Shown: positions 56,378 to 63,719 of the stretch, one piece after another
Position numbering within the stretch: position 1 is the stretch's first letter
Layout of the letters: the number at the start of each line of letters is the position of its first letter
The notes under the pieces: model-generated
The model's input: only the letters and a program-made list of their open reading frames with translations
Told to the model about the DNA's origin: nothing
Databases searched by the model: none
Position numbers and translations under genes: made by a program
IMG/VR virus record: IMGVR_UViG_3300032240_001660
Coordinates: 1-63,719 of that record
Origin: a virus
Lineage: Duplodnaviria > Caudoviricetes
Strand: one strand, 5' to 3'
Length of the DNA stretch: 63,719 bases

Positions 56378-56754
56378 GCCAATTCCTTATCACAACAGAA
56401 TTCTTTAAAATTCTCCCAACTACCAGAGAAAATCACTTCGGTCGGATTCTTCACAACCACTTTATCTTCATAAACATGGTATTCATAATCTTGCCAACAA
56501 TCTGTATCAGTCACGGCATGGATGTAGAACCCACCAACACTATTTTTAAAATTCGCAATCATTTGAGCGGCAAGACAACCCATACCATTGAATTGTTTAG
56601 CATCTTTATCTGAGTAGCCGTTTACCATTTCACCAGAACCTAAAAATTCTGCGAGTTCTGTGCCATGACCTGATGGATAACCATCGAATTGGCGATACAT
56701 GTTGATGATTGCTTTATCACCATCATACACAAAAGTTAAACTACGAGTTCCCAT
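56374..56754 (-). CDS. Conserved phage early protein (MGTR..Y.Q.DGYP family)
   Basis: MGTRS, YRQFDGYP.GHG..LAEFL, NGMGCLAAQ. Confidence 0.7.
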   Translation of the reverse strand: MGTRSLTFVYDGDKAIINMYRQFDGYPSGHGTELAEFLGSGEMVNGYSDKDAKQFNGMGCLAAQMIANFKNSVGGFYIHAVTDTDCWQDYEYHVYEDKVVVKNPTEVIFSGSWENFKEFCCDKELA

Positions 56755-56926
56755 TTTTTCTTTCTCCAAAAGTTTTCATCCATTCCAAAACCACATCTCT
56801 TGCTTCGTATCGGGTCAAACCAAACGCTTCTTGGATATACACACCCGAACCAAACATATTCACTTGACCACTTTCACGCAGGTCATCCAAATATTGGAAC
56901 ATCGTTTCTTTTTCACTAATTACCAT
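56741..56926 (-). CDS. Small conserved protein (LDDLRESG..NMFG motif)
   Basis: Motif recurrent in phage early regions; start revised to 56926. Confidence 0.65.
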   Translation of the reverse strand: MVISEKETMFQYLDDLRESGQVNMFGSGVYIQEAFGLTRYEARDVVLEWMKTFGERKNGNS

Positions 56927-56927
56927 T

Positions 56928-57170
56928 TTAACCCCAATCTTTTCTATCATAAGTTTCATTATAACCCGCCATGTAAGCGGCAACTTCTTCACCACTCATA
57001 TCCACTTCTTCAATTTTTGTGGAACTGTATGTGTCACCAGTAAAATAATGCGGGTCAGCAGGTCGATGATAATAAGCATCGGCAGAACCACGGTCATAAG
57101 CACCACCATGTCGAGTAAAAACTTCACGGCGACCATATTCACTTTTTTGATTTTCATATACAATTTGCAT
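56928..57170 (-). CDS. Hypothetical protein (HGG.YDRG.AD.YY motif)
   Basis: Aromatic motif and Y..GY; operon context. Confidence 0.65.
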   Translation of the reverse strand: MQIVYENQKSEYGRREVFTRHGGAYDRGSADAYYHRPADPHYFTGDTYSSTKIEEVDMSGEEVAAYMAGYNETYDRKDWG

Positions 57171-57171
57171 T

Positions 57172-57909
57172 TTAAGCAGCTTTCAACATAAATGTAGGAT
57201 ACTTCACAAAACCAGAGGTGTCTTTTTTCGCTTTACCTTTGGCATACAAACCAACAACAACGCCTTTTGGATCCAAGAATCTCAAATCACTTTCATCACC
57301 ATTAAACACAGGACGACCCATGTAGGTTTCTGGCATCGGTAAAGTTTTCTTGATACCAAACACAGTAGCGATATTGTAACCTTGTGCAATAGCAGAATAA
57401 ACATCGGCATCATTACCATCAGCGGCAGAAAATGTCAAATTGTAATTGGCAATTCCTTTAACCTTACGACCAAGAATTTTGGTGTAGTCATAAAATTGGA
57501 TATCAGGAAAACATTCGAAAACATTTTGACCAGGAATCATATCATATTTTTCCCACGACAAATCGGATGTGCCATTTAAACGAATTACAGGAATCAAACC
57601 AAGTCTTTTGGATTGTTTGATTGCCAATTCAATATCTTTTTTCAGAGCAAGCATAAAATCTTGGCGCTGTTCATAAAACATTTTGGTTTTACGAATTCGT
57701 GCTTTTTGAATAGCGTTAGTGGTTTCGCCTTTTTTAAACATACCGCCACGACCAGCAGTATTCAAACAAGCAGATTTGCAACCAGAGGTTGCTTTTGGAC
57801 AAGTATTGTAACCAGACAAGTCAGCAGGTGCGAGGTGTAAAATGTAGGTATTGTAACCTGATTTTAAACCTTTTAAAATCTTAGGGTTTCCAGTAGATAG
57901 TAAATTCAT
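57172..57909 (-). CDS. GP88-like protein with a Cx6Cx3C cluster (radical-SAM-like candidate)
   Basis: LHLAP..SG...CPKATSGCKSACL..AGRG, RLNGTSD, QFYDYTK, LTFS, GD.SDLRFLDP. Confidence 0.7.
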   Translation of the reverse strand: MNLLSTGNPKILKGLKSGYNTYILHLAPADLSGYNTCPKATSGCKSACLNTAGRGGMFKKGETTNAIQKARIRKTKMFYEQRQDFMLALKKDIELAIKQSKRLGLIPVIRLNGTSDLSWEKYDMIPGQNVFECFPDIQFYDYTKILGRKVKGIANYNLTFSAADGNDADVYSAIAQGYNIATVFGIKKTLPMPETYMGRPVFNGDESDLRFLDPKGVVVGLYAKGKAKKDTSGFVKYPTFMLKAA

Positions 57910-57941
57910 AATATAGTCGCCTTTTTCATCATCATAGGAGT

Positions 57942-57970
57942 ATTATATCAGCAAAGTGCCGAATTGTCAA
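57942..57970 (-). promoter_or_regulatory. Early sigma70 promoter (consensus)
   Basis: TTGACA-N17-TATAAT. Confidence 0.9.
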
Positions 57971-57987
57971 CCAGCCTAGGCATGGTT

Positions 57988-58023
57988 TGTTGCAGGAAAA
58001 CAACACTTGCTAACCTATTGATT
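57988..58023. promoter_or_regulatory. TGTTG-N8-CAACA palindrome plus an IHF-consensus site
   Basis: TGTTG-CAGGAAAA-CAACA at 57988-58005; AATCAA-TAGG-TTA (WATCAA-N4-TTR) on the minus strand at 58011-23. Confidence 0.65.
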
Positions 58024-58034
58024 TGTAACACTTT

Positions 58035-58373
58035 TTATCTACGCATTTTTGCTTGATCCAACGCTTCTTCTGCATTGAAAATTGGCACAGCATTGGACTT
58101 ATGCAAAGTACCAATACCAATCATTGCGGTACCTGTATAGACTTTACCATAAACTGGTTTTGTGCAGGAACCTTGCATTGTCTCCAAACTTGGATAATGC
58201 GGTGTCTCACGCACAAACGCTTTTGGAGGAGAAAATGCTTTTTTGTCACTTTGTGAGACCATAGGTTTAGTCTCATATTTTTTAAGTAACTGTTCCCAAG
58301 AATCACGAAGCTCTCGCTGTTTTGCGGTCGCTCGCTTTTTCTTTTTAGATTTTTGGTAGGTATAAATTATCAT
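58035..58373 (-). CDS. Conserved basic protein of T4-like phages (HKSNAVP motif)
   Basis: YTG..M.GI.TLHKSNAVPIF..E.A...A.MRR. Confidence 0.7.
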   Translation of the reverse strand: MIIYTYQKSKKKKRATAKQRELRDSWEQLLKKYETKPMVSQSDKKAFSPPKAFVRETPHYPSLETMQGSCTKPVYGKVYTGTAMIGIGTLHKSNAVPIFNAEEALDQAKMRR

Positions 58374-58537
58374 TCTTTAATATTTGAAGTGGCGATAAAC
58401 ATCATTACCAATCCTATCACCGCACCAAGTAATTGTGTGGCAAGAATACTGAAGGAAGAATCGGTAGAAGTTTCCATACCGCCAACAGAACCGAACACTA
58501 AAAGAAAACCAACAAAACCAATTATAAAATTAATCAT
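58370..58537 (-). CDS. Small two-TM membrane protein (55 aa), not in the ORF track
   Basis: MINFIIGFVGFLLVFGSVGGMETSTDSSFSILATQLLGAVIGLVMMFIATSNIKE; ATGA overlaps at both ends. Confidence 0.75.
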   Translation of the reverse strand: MINFIIGFVGFLLVFGSVGGMETSTDSSFSILATQLLGAVIGLVMMFIATSNIKE

Positions 58538-58719
58538 ACCGACTCCGTTTCACTTTCAACAATTTGCGAATCGAACAAGGCAAAACCAATCTGGTCTGCC
58601 AACTTTTCACCGTTGGGAAATTTCGCCAACAGAACCGCAACTTCATTCAAGTCCTTATCGGACATATTAATCAAATTATTGACCACAGAGGTCACCACAA
58701 AAGCATCAATTTTTTTCAT
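58534..58719 (-). CDS. Hypothetical protein
   Basis: Coupled ORF in the early operon. Confidence 0.6.
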   Translation of the reverse strand: MKKIDAFVVTSVVNNLINMSDKDLNEVAVLLAKFPNGEKLADQIGFALFDSQIVESETESV

Positions 58720-58940
58720 TACGCACCCACAATCATATTATAAAAACGGCGACCTTGTTCCTTGCTTTGCAAGATATCACAAAAATCGTCATACAAACCA
58801 TCCATTGAAAAATATCCGTCACGGACATGGTTCTTGCGGATGGACGCTTCTAGCTTTTGCATAGTATCGTCATTTTGAAAATAACGCTTAAGCATATACA
58901 TAGAATCGGAAACAAAATCATTAATATCAAACATAATCAA
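58719..58940 (-). CDS. Hypothetical protein
   Basis: Coupled ORF in the early operon. Confidence 0.55.
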   Translation of the reverse strand: MIMFDINDFVSDSMYMLKRYFQNDDTMQKLEASIRKNHVRDGYFSMDGLYDDFCDILQSKEQGRRFYNMIVGA

Positions 58941-59167
58941 ACCTTTTCAGTATCCATAATTTCGCACAAAATAAACTTAGCAATATTCAATTGCTTGCGA
59001 ACCTGATCCTTGGTGAAATAATCACGGTCGAGCATTTCCTGAGAATCAGATAAAATACCCATTACAACCATTTCTAAACCAGATAATTTTGCGGTGATAG
59101 AATCCATGTATTGGTCACGGATATCTGCTTCGGTCATTCCGTAGCAATTCTTTTCAAATTCTGTCAT
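58937..59167 (-). CDS. Hypothetical early protein
   Basis: AAGGA SD; first gene after the 59197 promoter. Confidence 0.65.
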   Translation of the reverse strand: MTEFEKNCYGMTEADIRDQYMDSITAKLSGLEMVVMGILSDSQEMLDRDYFTKDQVRKQLNIAKFILCEIMDTEKV

Positions 59168-59196
59168 AATATGTCCTTTTTTCAATCTATGGAATA

Positions 59197-59225
59197 ATTA
59201 TATTAGCAATCTGCCTAATTGTCAA
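59197..59225 (-). promoter_or_regulatory. Early sigma70 promoter (consensus)
   Basis: TTGACA-N17-TATAAT. Confidence 0.9.
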
Positions 59226-59638
59226 GACAGCGCCACGGCATTGTTGTTTTTAGGCAACATAGTAGGAAAGTGTTGTTTTTTAGCAACAGCGTCAATATGT
59301 TTGCATTTCCCACGAAAATTATAACCAGTGCAGGTGCAGGAATAGGTGGATCCTGATAGTTCCACGGTATATTGTTTTTCTTTGGATTTTACTAAAAAGA
59401 CACGGACACCAATTTCTGGTTTTTCCGATTTTAGTAGTTTTGTCAAACCAGGATGATTTGACCGAACAAAGGTTCTATACCGTTTGTCCAATTTGATATT
59501 TCCAGATTTTGATATCATTATCGTATCACCACCATTTACTGCATGGGCGATAATCTTGCCTTTATTGTCAAGCAAGTAAGTATGGTTTGCCTGGAAATCG
59601 CAATCCCATACCGTAGTTTCTTTAAGAATTTCACTCAT
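59222..59638 (-). CDS. SWIM zinc-finger protein
   Basis: Y.V.....SCTC.GY.FRGKCKH. Confidence 0.8.
   Translation of the reverse strand: MSEILKETTVWDCDFQANHTYLLDNKGKIIAHAVNGGDTIMISKSGNIKLDKRYRTFVRSNHPGLTKLLKSEKPEIGVRVFLVKSKEKQYTVELSGSTYSCTCTGYNFRGKCKHIDAVAKKQHFPTMLPKNNNAVALS
59242..59288. repeat. Two TGTTG-N8-CAACA palindromes
   Basis: 59242-59259 and 59271-59288. Confidence 0.75.
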
Positions 59639-59644
59639 ACGGCA

Positions 59645-59698
59645 ATCCTAACATAGCCTGAATGAATTGTCAACCAGCTGTGTTGCTAAAAAACAACA
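59645..59698 (-). promoter_or_regulatory. Early promoter TTGACA-N17-TAGGAT plus a TGTTG-N8-CAACA palindrome
   Basis: -35 at 59668-73, -10 at 59645-50, palindrome 59681-98; ATG 6 nt after the -10. Confidence 0.75.
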
Positions 59699-59710
59699 CT
59701 TGTCAAATTG

Positions 59711-59875
59711 TTATCCTTTTAACAATTGCTGAGGGTCTTCCCGTAATTCTTCTTCAAAATCTTGGAGTTTCAATTTCATCAGCGTTTCTTCAAGGTCTTT
59801 TTTATCACCTTGTGCTTTTGAAATTTGAATTTCTAAATCTTGGATTTTGTCTTGTATCATTTTTCTAATTGACAT
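59711..59875 (-). CDS. Small coiled-coil protein (54 aa), not in the ORF track
   Basis: MSIRKMIQDKIQDLEIQISKAQGDKKDLEETLMKLKLQDFEEELREDPQQLLKG; AGGAAG SD. Confidence 0.7.
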   Translation of the reverse strand: MSIRKMIQDKIQDLEIQISKAQGDKKDLEETLMKLKLQDFEEELREDPQQLLKG

Positions 59876-60014
59876 AATCTTCCTTCTCTTGTTTCAACAA
59901 TCGATAAATGGTCTTATCTTGTTGACGCTTCTTTTGTTGTTTAATCGTTTCATTATCTTCATGCCTTTTAAACTTTGTTTTTATCGGCTTGTAGATTTTC
60001 TTACCCAATAACAT
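59865..60014 (-). CDS. Small basic protein (49 aa), not in the ORF track
   Basis: MLLGKKIYKPIKTKFKRHEDNETIKQQKKRQQDKTIYRLLKQEKEDYVN; GAGGT SD. Confidence 0.6.
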   Translation of the reverse strand: MLLGKKIYKPIKTKFKRHEDNETIKQQKKRQQDKTIYRLLKQEKEDYVN

Positions 60015-60028
60015 TTTACCTCACCGCA

Positions 60029-60598
60029 TTAAAAAATATGGTCTGCTATGCCAAGTTCTATTACTTCATCCACAGTCAACCACACATCACTTGGCGGTAG
60101 AAGTTTGGTCTTGATTACTCTAGTGGATAAATCGGTACATTCTTTGATTAAATCAACCATGCGGTTATTCATGTTTTCGTTTTCACGCAATGATGCTTTA
60201 AGGTCGTGATATTTACCTTCTGTATTGTCTGAAAATTGATGACAGAGAATACTTGTGTTCTTAGCGATATATCTTTCACCTTTTGTTCCTGCCACAAAAA
60301 TCATAAAGGCTGCACTCATTATATTACCCATTCCAATTGTGCGAATTGGATGTTTTGAATTACGCATCATATCAATCAACGCAAAGGCATCACAAAGGTT
60401 GCCGCCAGTTGAATTGATATAAAGTGTTAGAAGTTTTTCACGGTCATCCGTGTTTTCAAAAATAACCCACTTCACGGCCTCACCAATCGATTCTTCATTG
60501 ACTTCGCCATTAAGAATGTGAATGTGGCTTTTGAGTAGACCAAGACCAATTACATCATCTGCACCTAACGCAGAATCTTCCCGAATTTTAGTTACCAT
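60029..60598 (-). CDS. clpP: ClpP-like protease proteolytic subunit
   Basis: LYINS.GG....A..D.M, G..MSAA (Ser), HQ (His), D.WL (Asp), LGIAD. Confidence 0.88.
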   Translation of the reverse strand: MVTKIREDSALGADDVIGLGLLKSHIHILNGEVNEESIGEAVKWVIFENTDDREKLLTLYINSTGGNLCDAFALIDMMRNSKHPIRTIGMGNIMSAAFMIFVAGTKGERYIAKNTSILCHQFSDNTEGKYHDLKASLRENENMNNRMVDLIKECTDLSTRVIKTKLLPPSDVWLTVDEVIELGIADHIF

Positions 60599-61529
60599 CT
60601 TTGTTTTGCCAATTGTAAGCTGTTTGTATAATAGAGATTATATCATGCTTAGGTCGGTATTTCAATATGTCTGAGGCAAAAGAGATATCGGCAAACAGAT
60701 AAGGAGGGTCTCCTGCCCGTCTAGGTTCATACCGATAAGTTACTTTCTCGCCAGTAATCTTTTCAACAAGGTTAACAATTTCTTGTACCGAGTATCCTTT
60801 GCCTGTTCCTAAATTAATAGTCTGCGGTGAATTGTGTTTTGCAAGGTATTCGCCGGCTAATAAATGTGCTTCGGCAACATCACTTACATGAACATAGTCT
60901 CTGACACAAGTACCATCGGGTGTGTCATAGTCATTTCCATAAATTGTGAAGTTATTTAGATTTTGCAGAATTCGAGGAATTAGATGTGTCTCTGGTTGAT
61001 GACATTCACCCATTTCGTTTTCAGGATCCGCACCTGCAAGGTTAAAGTAACGGAAAATAATATAGTTCAAACCCGATTGTTTGATTGCCAGTTCCGCACA
61101 ATACTTACTACCTGCATATGGGTTATTGAAAGGATTTAACTTATCGTTTTCTTTAATCGCATCGGTCTTTGTTTCATAGACACCTGCGGTTGAAGAATAA
61201 ATGATATTGTTCACACCCCAATACTTCATAACATCAAGTAATGTGTTTGTGCCAGACGAATTGTTATGATAAAATGTGGTTGGAAATTTTACTGATTCAC
61301 CAACTTCAATTCTTCCCGCAAGGTGAAAAACTGTATCGATATTTACTTTATCAAAAAGGTGATTTAGTGATTCTTTATCAGTTACATTACAAGGATAAAA
61401 AAGGTCGAGATATTCATTATTGGTATGTTCGATATCCAGACCAACAACTTTCCATCCTGCCTGTTTAAGTGTTTTGGCCAAGTGTGAGCCAAGGTAGCCT
61501 GAAGCACCTGTTATCAATGCAGTTTTCAT
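60588..61529 (-). CDS. galE: UDP-glucose 4-epimerase (start revised)
   Basis: ITGASGYLGSH, HLAG...VGES, YSSTA, YAGSK, RYFN.AGA, THLIP, DGTCVRDY.HV.D.A.AH, RRAGDP. Confidence 0.9.
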   Translation of the reverse strand: MKTALITGASGYLGSHLAKTLKQAGWKVVGLDIEHTNNEYLDLFYPCNVTDKESLNHLFDKVNIDTVFHLAGRIEVGESVKFPTTFYHNNSSGTNTLLDVMKYWGVNNIIYSSTAGVYETKTDAIKENDKLNPFNNPYAGSKYCAELAIKQSGLNYIIFRYFNLAGADPENEMGECHQPETHLIPRILQNLNNFTIYGNDYDTPDGTCVRDYVHVSDVAEAHLLAGEYLAKHNSPQTINLGTGKGYSVQEIVNLVEKITGEKVTYRYEPRRAGDPPYLFADISFASDILKYRPKHDIISIIQTAYNWQNKDGN

Positions 61530-62290
61530 ACCAATTGTATTCCAGGTCCTATTTGTATCGGTTCGAGTATTTGCGTAGTGTATTGTGAGGAGGTCTTCCA
61601 TGGGAAATTATCACCATATTTCATTTGTTGTATTTTGTTACCTTCTTCAAAGAATTCTTTATTGACAGAATTTTCATTTCCATCCAGACGATAACACATA
61701 GTGTGACTGTTGGTACAATCATAATTAGGAAAGTTTTGTTTTAAGTTGTAAAAAAACTGCCTATCTGCACCCCATTGCCCGTACCAAGAATGACCGATAC
61801 GAGTAGCAACATCACGCTTAACGGCAAATGAAGATGTATCAATATGATTGACATTGGGATCAAAATACACAGGCCACTTGCCCAAAGATTCGCAATTATC
61901 TTCGCAAATGAAGTTTCCATCTTTATCATAAATTTTCCTTAACGAATAAACCCAATCATAACCTTTTTGCAGTTTCTTAACCATCTTATCAATGTGGCAA
62001 GGATCAAACCAGTTATCTTCATCGAGGTAACATATAACATCAGCATTGACAAGGAAACTACATGAAGCATATACACGATGACCATACCAACTTTTACCAA
62101 CATTTTCTTCCAATATCACAAATTTAGTTCTGGATGCACCTTCGCAGGTATCAAAAACTTTTCTTCTGTGGTCATACCCATCTATAAAAATATAATGGGT
62201 TAAATTTTTATAAGTTTGTTTATCAACCGATTCGATGCATTTTTGAAGATGCATTGATCCAATCGTTGGTGTTACCACAGCAACTTTCAT
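61526..62290 (-). CDS. Glycosyltransferase family 2
   Basis: VAVVTPT, CIESV..QTY.N, YLDED (DxD) NW, DTS, GADR. Confidence 0.85.
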   Translation of the reverse strand: MKVAVVTPTIGSMHLQKCIESVDKQTYKNLTHYIFIDGYDHRRKVFDTCEGASRTKFVILEENVGKSWYGHRVYASCSFLVNADVICYLDEDNWFDPCHIDKMVKKLQKGYDWVYSLRKIYDKDGNFICEDNCESLGKWPVYFDPNVNHIDTSSFAVKRDVATRIGHSWYGQWGADRQFFYNLKQNFPNYDCTNSHTMCYRLDGNENSVNKEFFEEGNKIQQMKYGDNFPWKTSSQYTTQILEPIQIGPGIQLV

Positions 62291-62292
62291 AA

Positions 62293-62712
62293 TTAATTAT
62301 AAGCTTCTTGTATTAGTTTGGTTGTGAGAAATTTAATACCTAGGTCTTTCTTAATACACTTGATTAACAATTCTGCTTCATCAGGATGCAATGCTTCTAA
62401 AACCGTGGTAAGAATTTTTGTTTGTTTTTCTGGAGGAATATCCGATACACGCTTTGGATGACCGACAATAAACCGATACATTTTAGGCACTTCAAGGTCG
62501 AGATATGTAATGTTTAGTCCGGCAGGTTCTGGTGCGGGTCTGTATGTAGAGGGAACAGGAACATCAAAAATAATGTTCCGATTAAATGCGTATTCCAAGA
62601 AATCGACAAGTCTTGGATGACGATATTTTTTTAATACTGCAATGCGGTCTTGTTTGGTTTCCGCATTAGAAAATTCTTCAAAAATTTCCGAAAATAGTTT
62701 AGCTTCAATCAT
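62293..62712 (-). CDS. Conserved hypothetical protein of T4-like phages
   Basis: SEIF.....K..RI..L, LE.LHP.EA.LL...K.L. Confidence 0.7.
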   Translation of the reverse strand: MIEAKLFSEIFEEFSNAETKQDRIAVLKKYRHPRLVDFLEYAFNRNIIFDVPVPSTYRPAPEPAGLNITYLDLEVPKMYRFIVGHPKRVSDIPPEKQTKILTTVLEALHPDEAELLIKCIKKDLGIKFLTTKLIQEAYN

Positions 62713-63560
62713 TAGAATTCATCAATCACTTCAATAAGGTTTTTGAGACGGTTCGCAATCATGTAATTCATAAACTCTTGTTTAGTTTTACCTTTTGCGT
62801 TCTCATAGGTATGTAGTATCGTTTCTTTTAAGTTCTCAGGTATTTTTGTCAAGTCAATAAGTGTTTCATTCCGTGAGAAATTACGCAACATCAAATCATT
62901 ACAAAAGTCTTTTGGTTCCTGATTCATCCAACCAATAATTTTTGCTTCTGTTATCGGTTTCTGCCTAGTCGCAGTAACAAAACAATCATCAGCACTAAGA
63001 ATATTAGGAATCCCATCACCTTTATCTCCACGAATAATAAGTTGTTTCAGTTGTGCAAGAGGTAGTGGCTCTTTAATGAATTTTTTGAGAATGGGTGAAT
63101 ATTGTTCAACATTAGGATATCTTTGCAATTGTGCAAAGTCTTTATCTGAAGAAAGAATCATAATCTTCTGTGTTGCCGAATACTTTTGCACCAGAGCGGC
63201 AACAATATCATCCGCCTCAGAAGTTTCAATCTCAATCACTTTATATGGAGAATGATTCTTCAACTCATCACGGATTTTATTCAGACAATCAAAGATACTA
63301 CCCCAATCGTGACCAGAAGATTCACGAGCTTTCTTACGACCTGCTTTATAGTGTGGAAAGATTTCACGGCGCCAATAGTTCTTACTATCGCAAGCAATAA
63401 TAATTTCTGGACCGTGAGTCTCTTTGAACTTTTTAACATAGGTACGAATCGTATTTAAAATCATGTGACGAACCAATGTTTCGTCCACGGCAGTCTTAGA
63501 CGAACCGATTTGTTCCATGAGATTGGAGATTGCTACCTGATTGAAGTCGAATATAATCAT
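62712..63560 (-). CDS. rnh: T4-type RNase H / 5'-3' exonuclease
   Basis: D.NQ..IS, CDS..YWRR..FP.YKA.RK, EADDI, S.DKDF.QL, GD.GDGIPN. Confidence 0.93.
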   Translation of the reverse strand: MIIFDFNQVAISNLMEQIGSSKTAVDETLVRHMILNTIRTYVKKFKETHGPEIIIACDSKNYWRREIFPHYKAGRKKARESSGHDWGSIFDCLNKIRDELKNHSPYKVIEIETSEADDIVAALVQKYSATQKIMILSSDKDFAQLQRYPNVEQYSPILKKFIKEPLPLAQLKQLIIRGDKGDGIPNILSADDCFVTATRQKPITEAKIIGWMNQEPKDFCNDLMLRNFSRNETLIDLTKIPENLKETILHTYENAKGKTKQEFMNYMIANRLKNLIEVIDEF

Positions 63561-63608
63561 AATATAGTTATTGTATCGCAAAATGCGTTAGTAGTGAGGC
63601 AAACTTGC

Positions 63609-63719
63609 TCACTTAGGGAATGGCCAGTTTGCCTTGCCGTTTTCATCGGTACTTAACTTTGCAGTCGTAGGTTCAAAACCATCACGCTCGGCAATTTTAA
63701 ATATTAAATCATAAACCAA
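63609..63719 (-). CDS. 3' end of a gene truncated by the window edge
   Basis: Open frame ...LIFKIAERDGFEPTTAKLSTDENGKANWPFPK-stop. Confidence 0.5.
   Translation of the reverse strand: MVYDLIFKIAERDGFEPTTAKLSTDENGKANWPFPK

Noticed and set aside
57988-58005. LexA SOS box or NtcA site
   Set aside because: TGTTG-N8-CAACA matches neither CTGT-N8-ACAG nor GTA-N8-TAC; the regulator is left unassigned.
59701-59706. Extra TTGACA upstream of the 59681 palindrome as a fifth early promoter
   Set aside because: No acceptable -10 hexamer at 16-18 nt spacing.

Overview
A 63.7-kb segment of a T4-like (Tevenvirinae/cyanophage-type gene order) myophage genome. It is AT-rich and uses the standard genetic code. 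Positions 1-39176 (minus strand) are late structural genes: neck gp14/gp13, a long variable tail-fibre/adhesin block built from repeated modules (Mtd_N-like fibres, adaptor paralogs, two Gly-rich tips, chaperones, a 2OG-Fe(II) oxygenase), a 2011-aa DUF4815/VrlC-like protein, and baseplate gp8, gp7, gp6, gp25, PAAR, gp5, hub, gp53 and gp48. Positions 39209-46346 (plus strand) hold gp4, gp2, a gp54/gp19-like tube protein, gp26/gp51 and two paralogous tape-measure-like proteins, the second with lysozyme and M15 peptidase domains. Positions 46393-63719 (minus strand) hold gp32, gp59, gp33, dsbA, accessory enzymes, an early region with consensus sigma70 promoters, ClpP, GalE, a GT2 and RNase H. The main observations outside the ORF track are: a complete circularly permuted two-piece tmRNA (tag ANDSQFALAA) in a phage that also encodes ClpP; a likely programmed -1 frameshift fusing gp26 to gp51, placed like lambda G/GT; a terminal-motif docking pattern linking the fibre genes; a GC-rich candidate structured RNA at 55479-55600; repeated early-promoter cassettes with a TGTTG-N8-CAACA palindrome; and a hairpin that hides an RBS around a late promoter. 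All family calls are motif recognition by eye; no searches were run.
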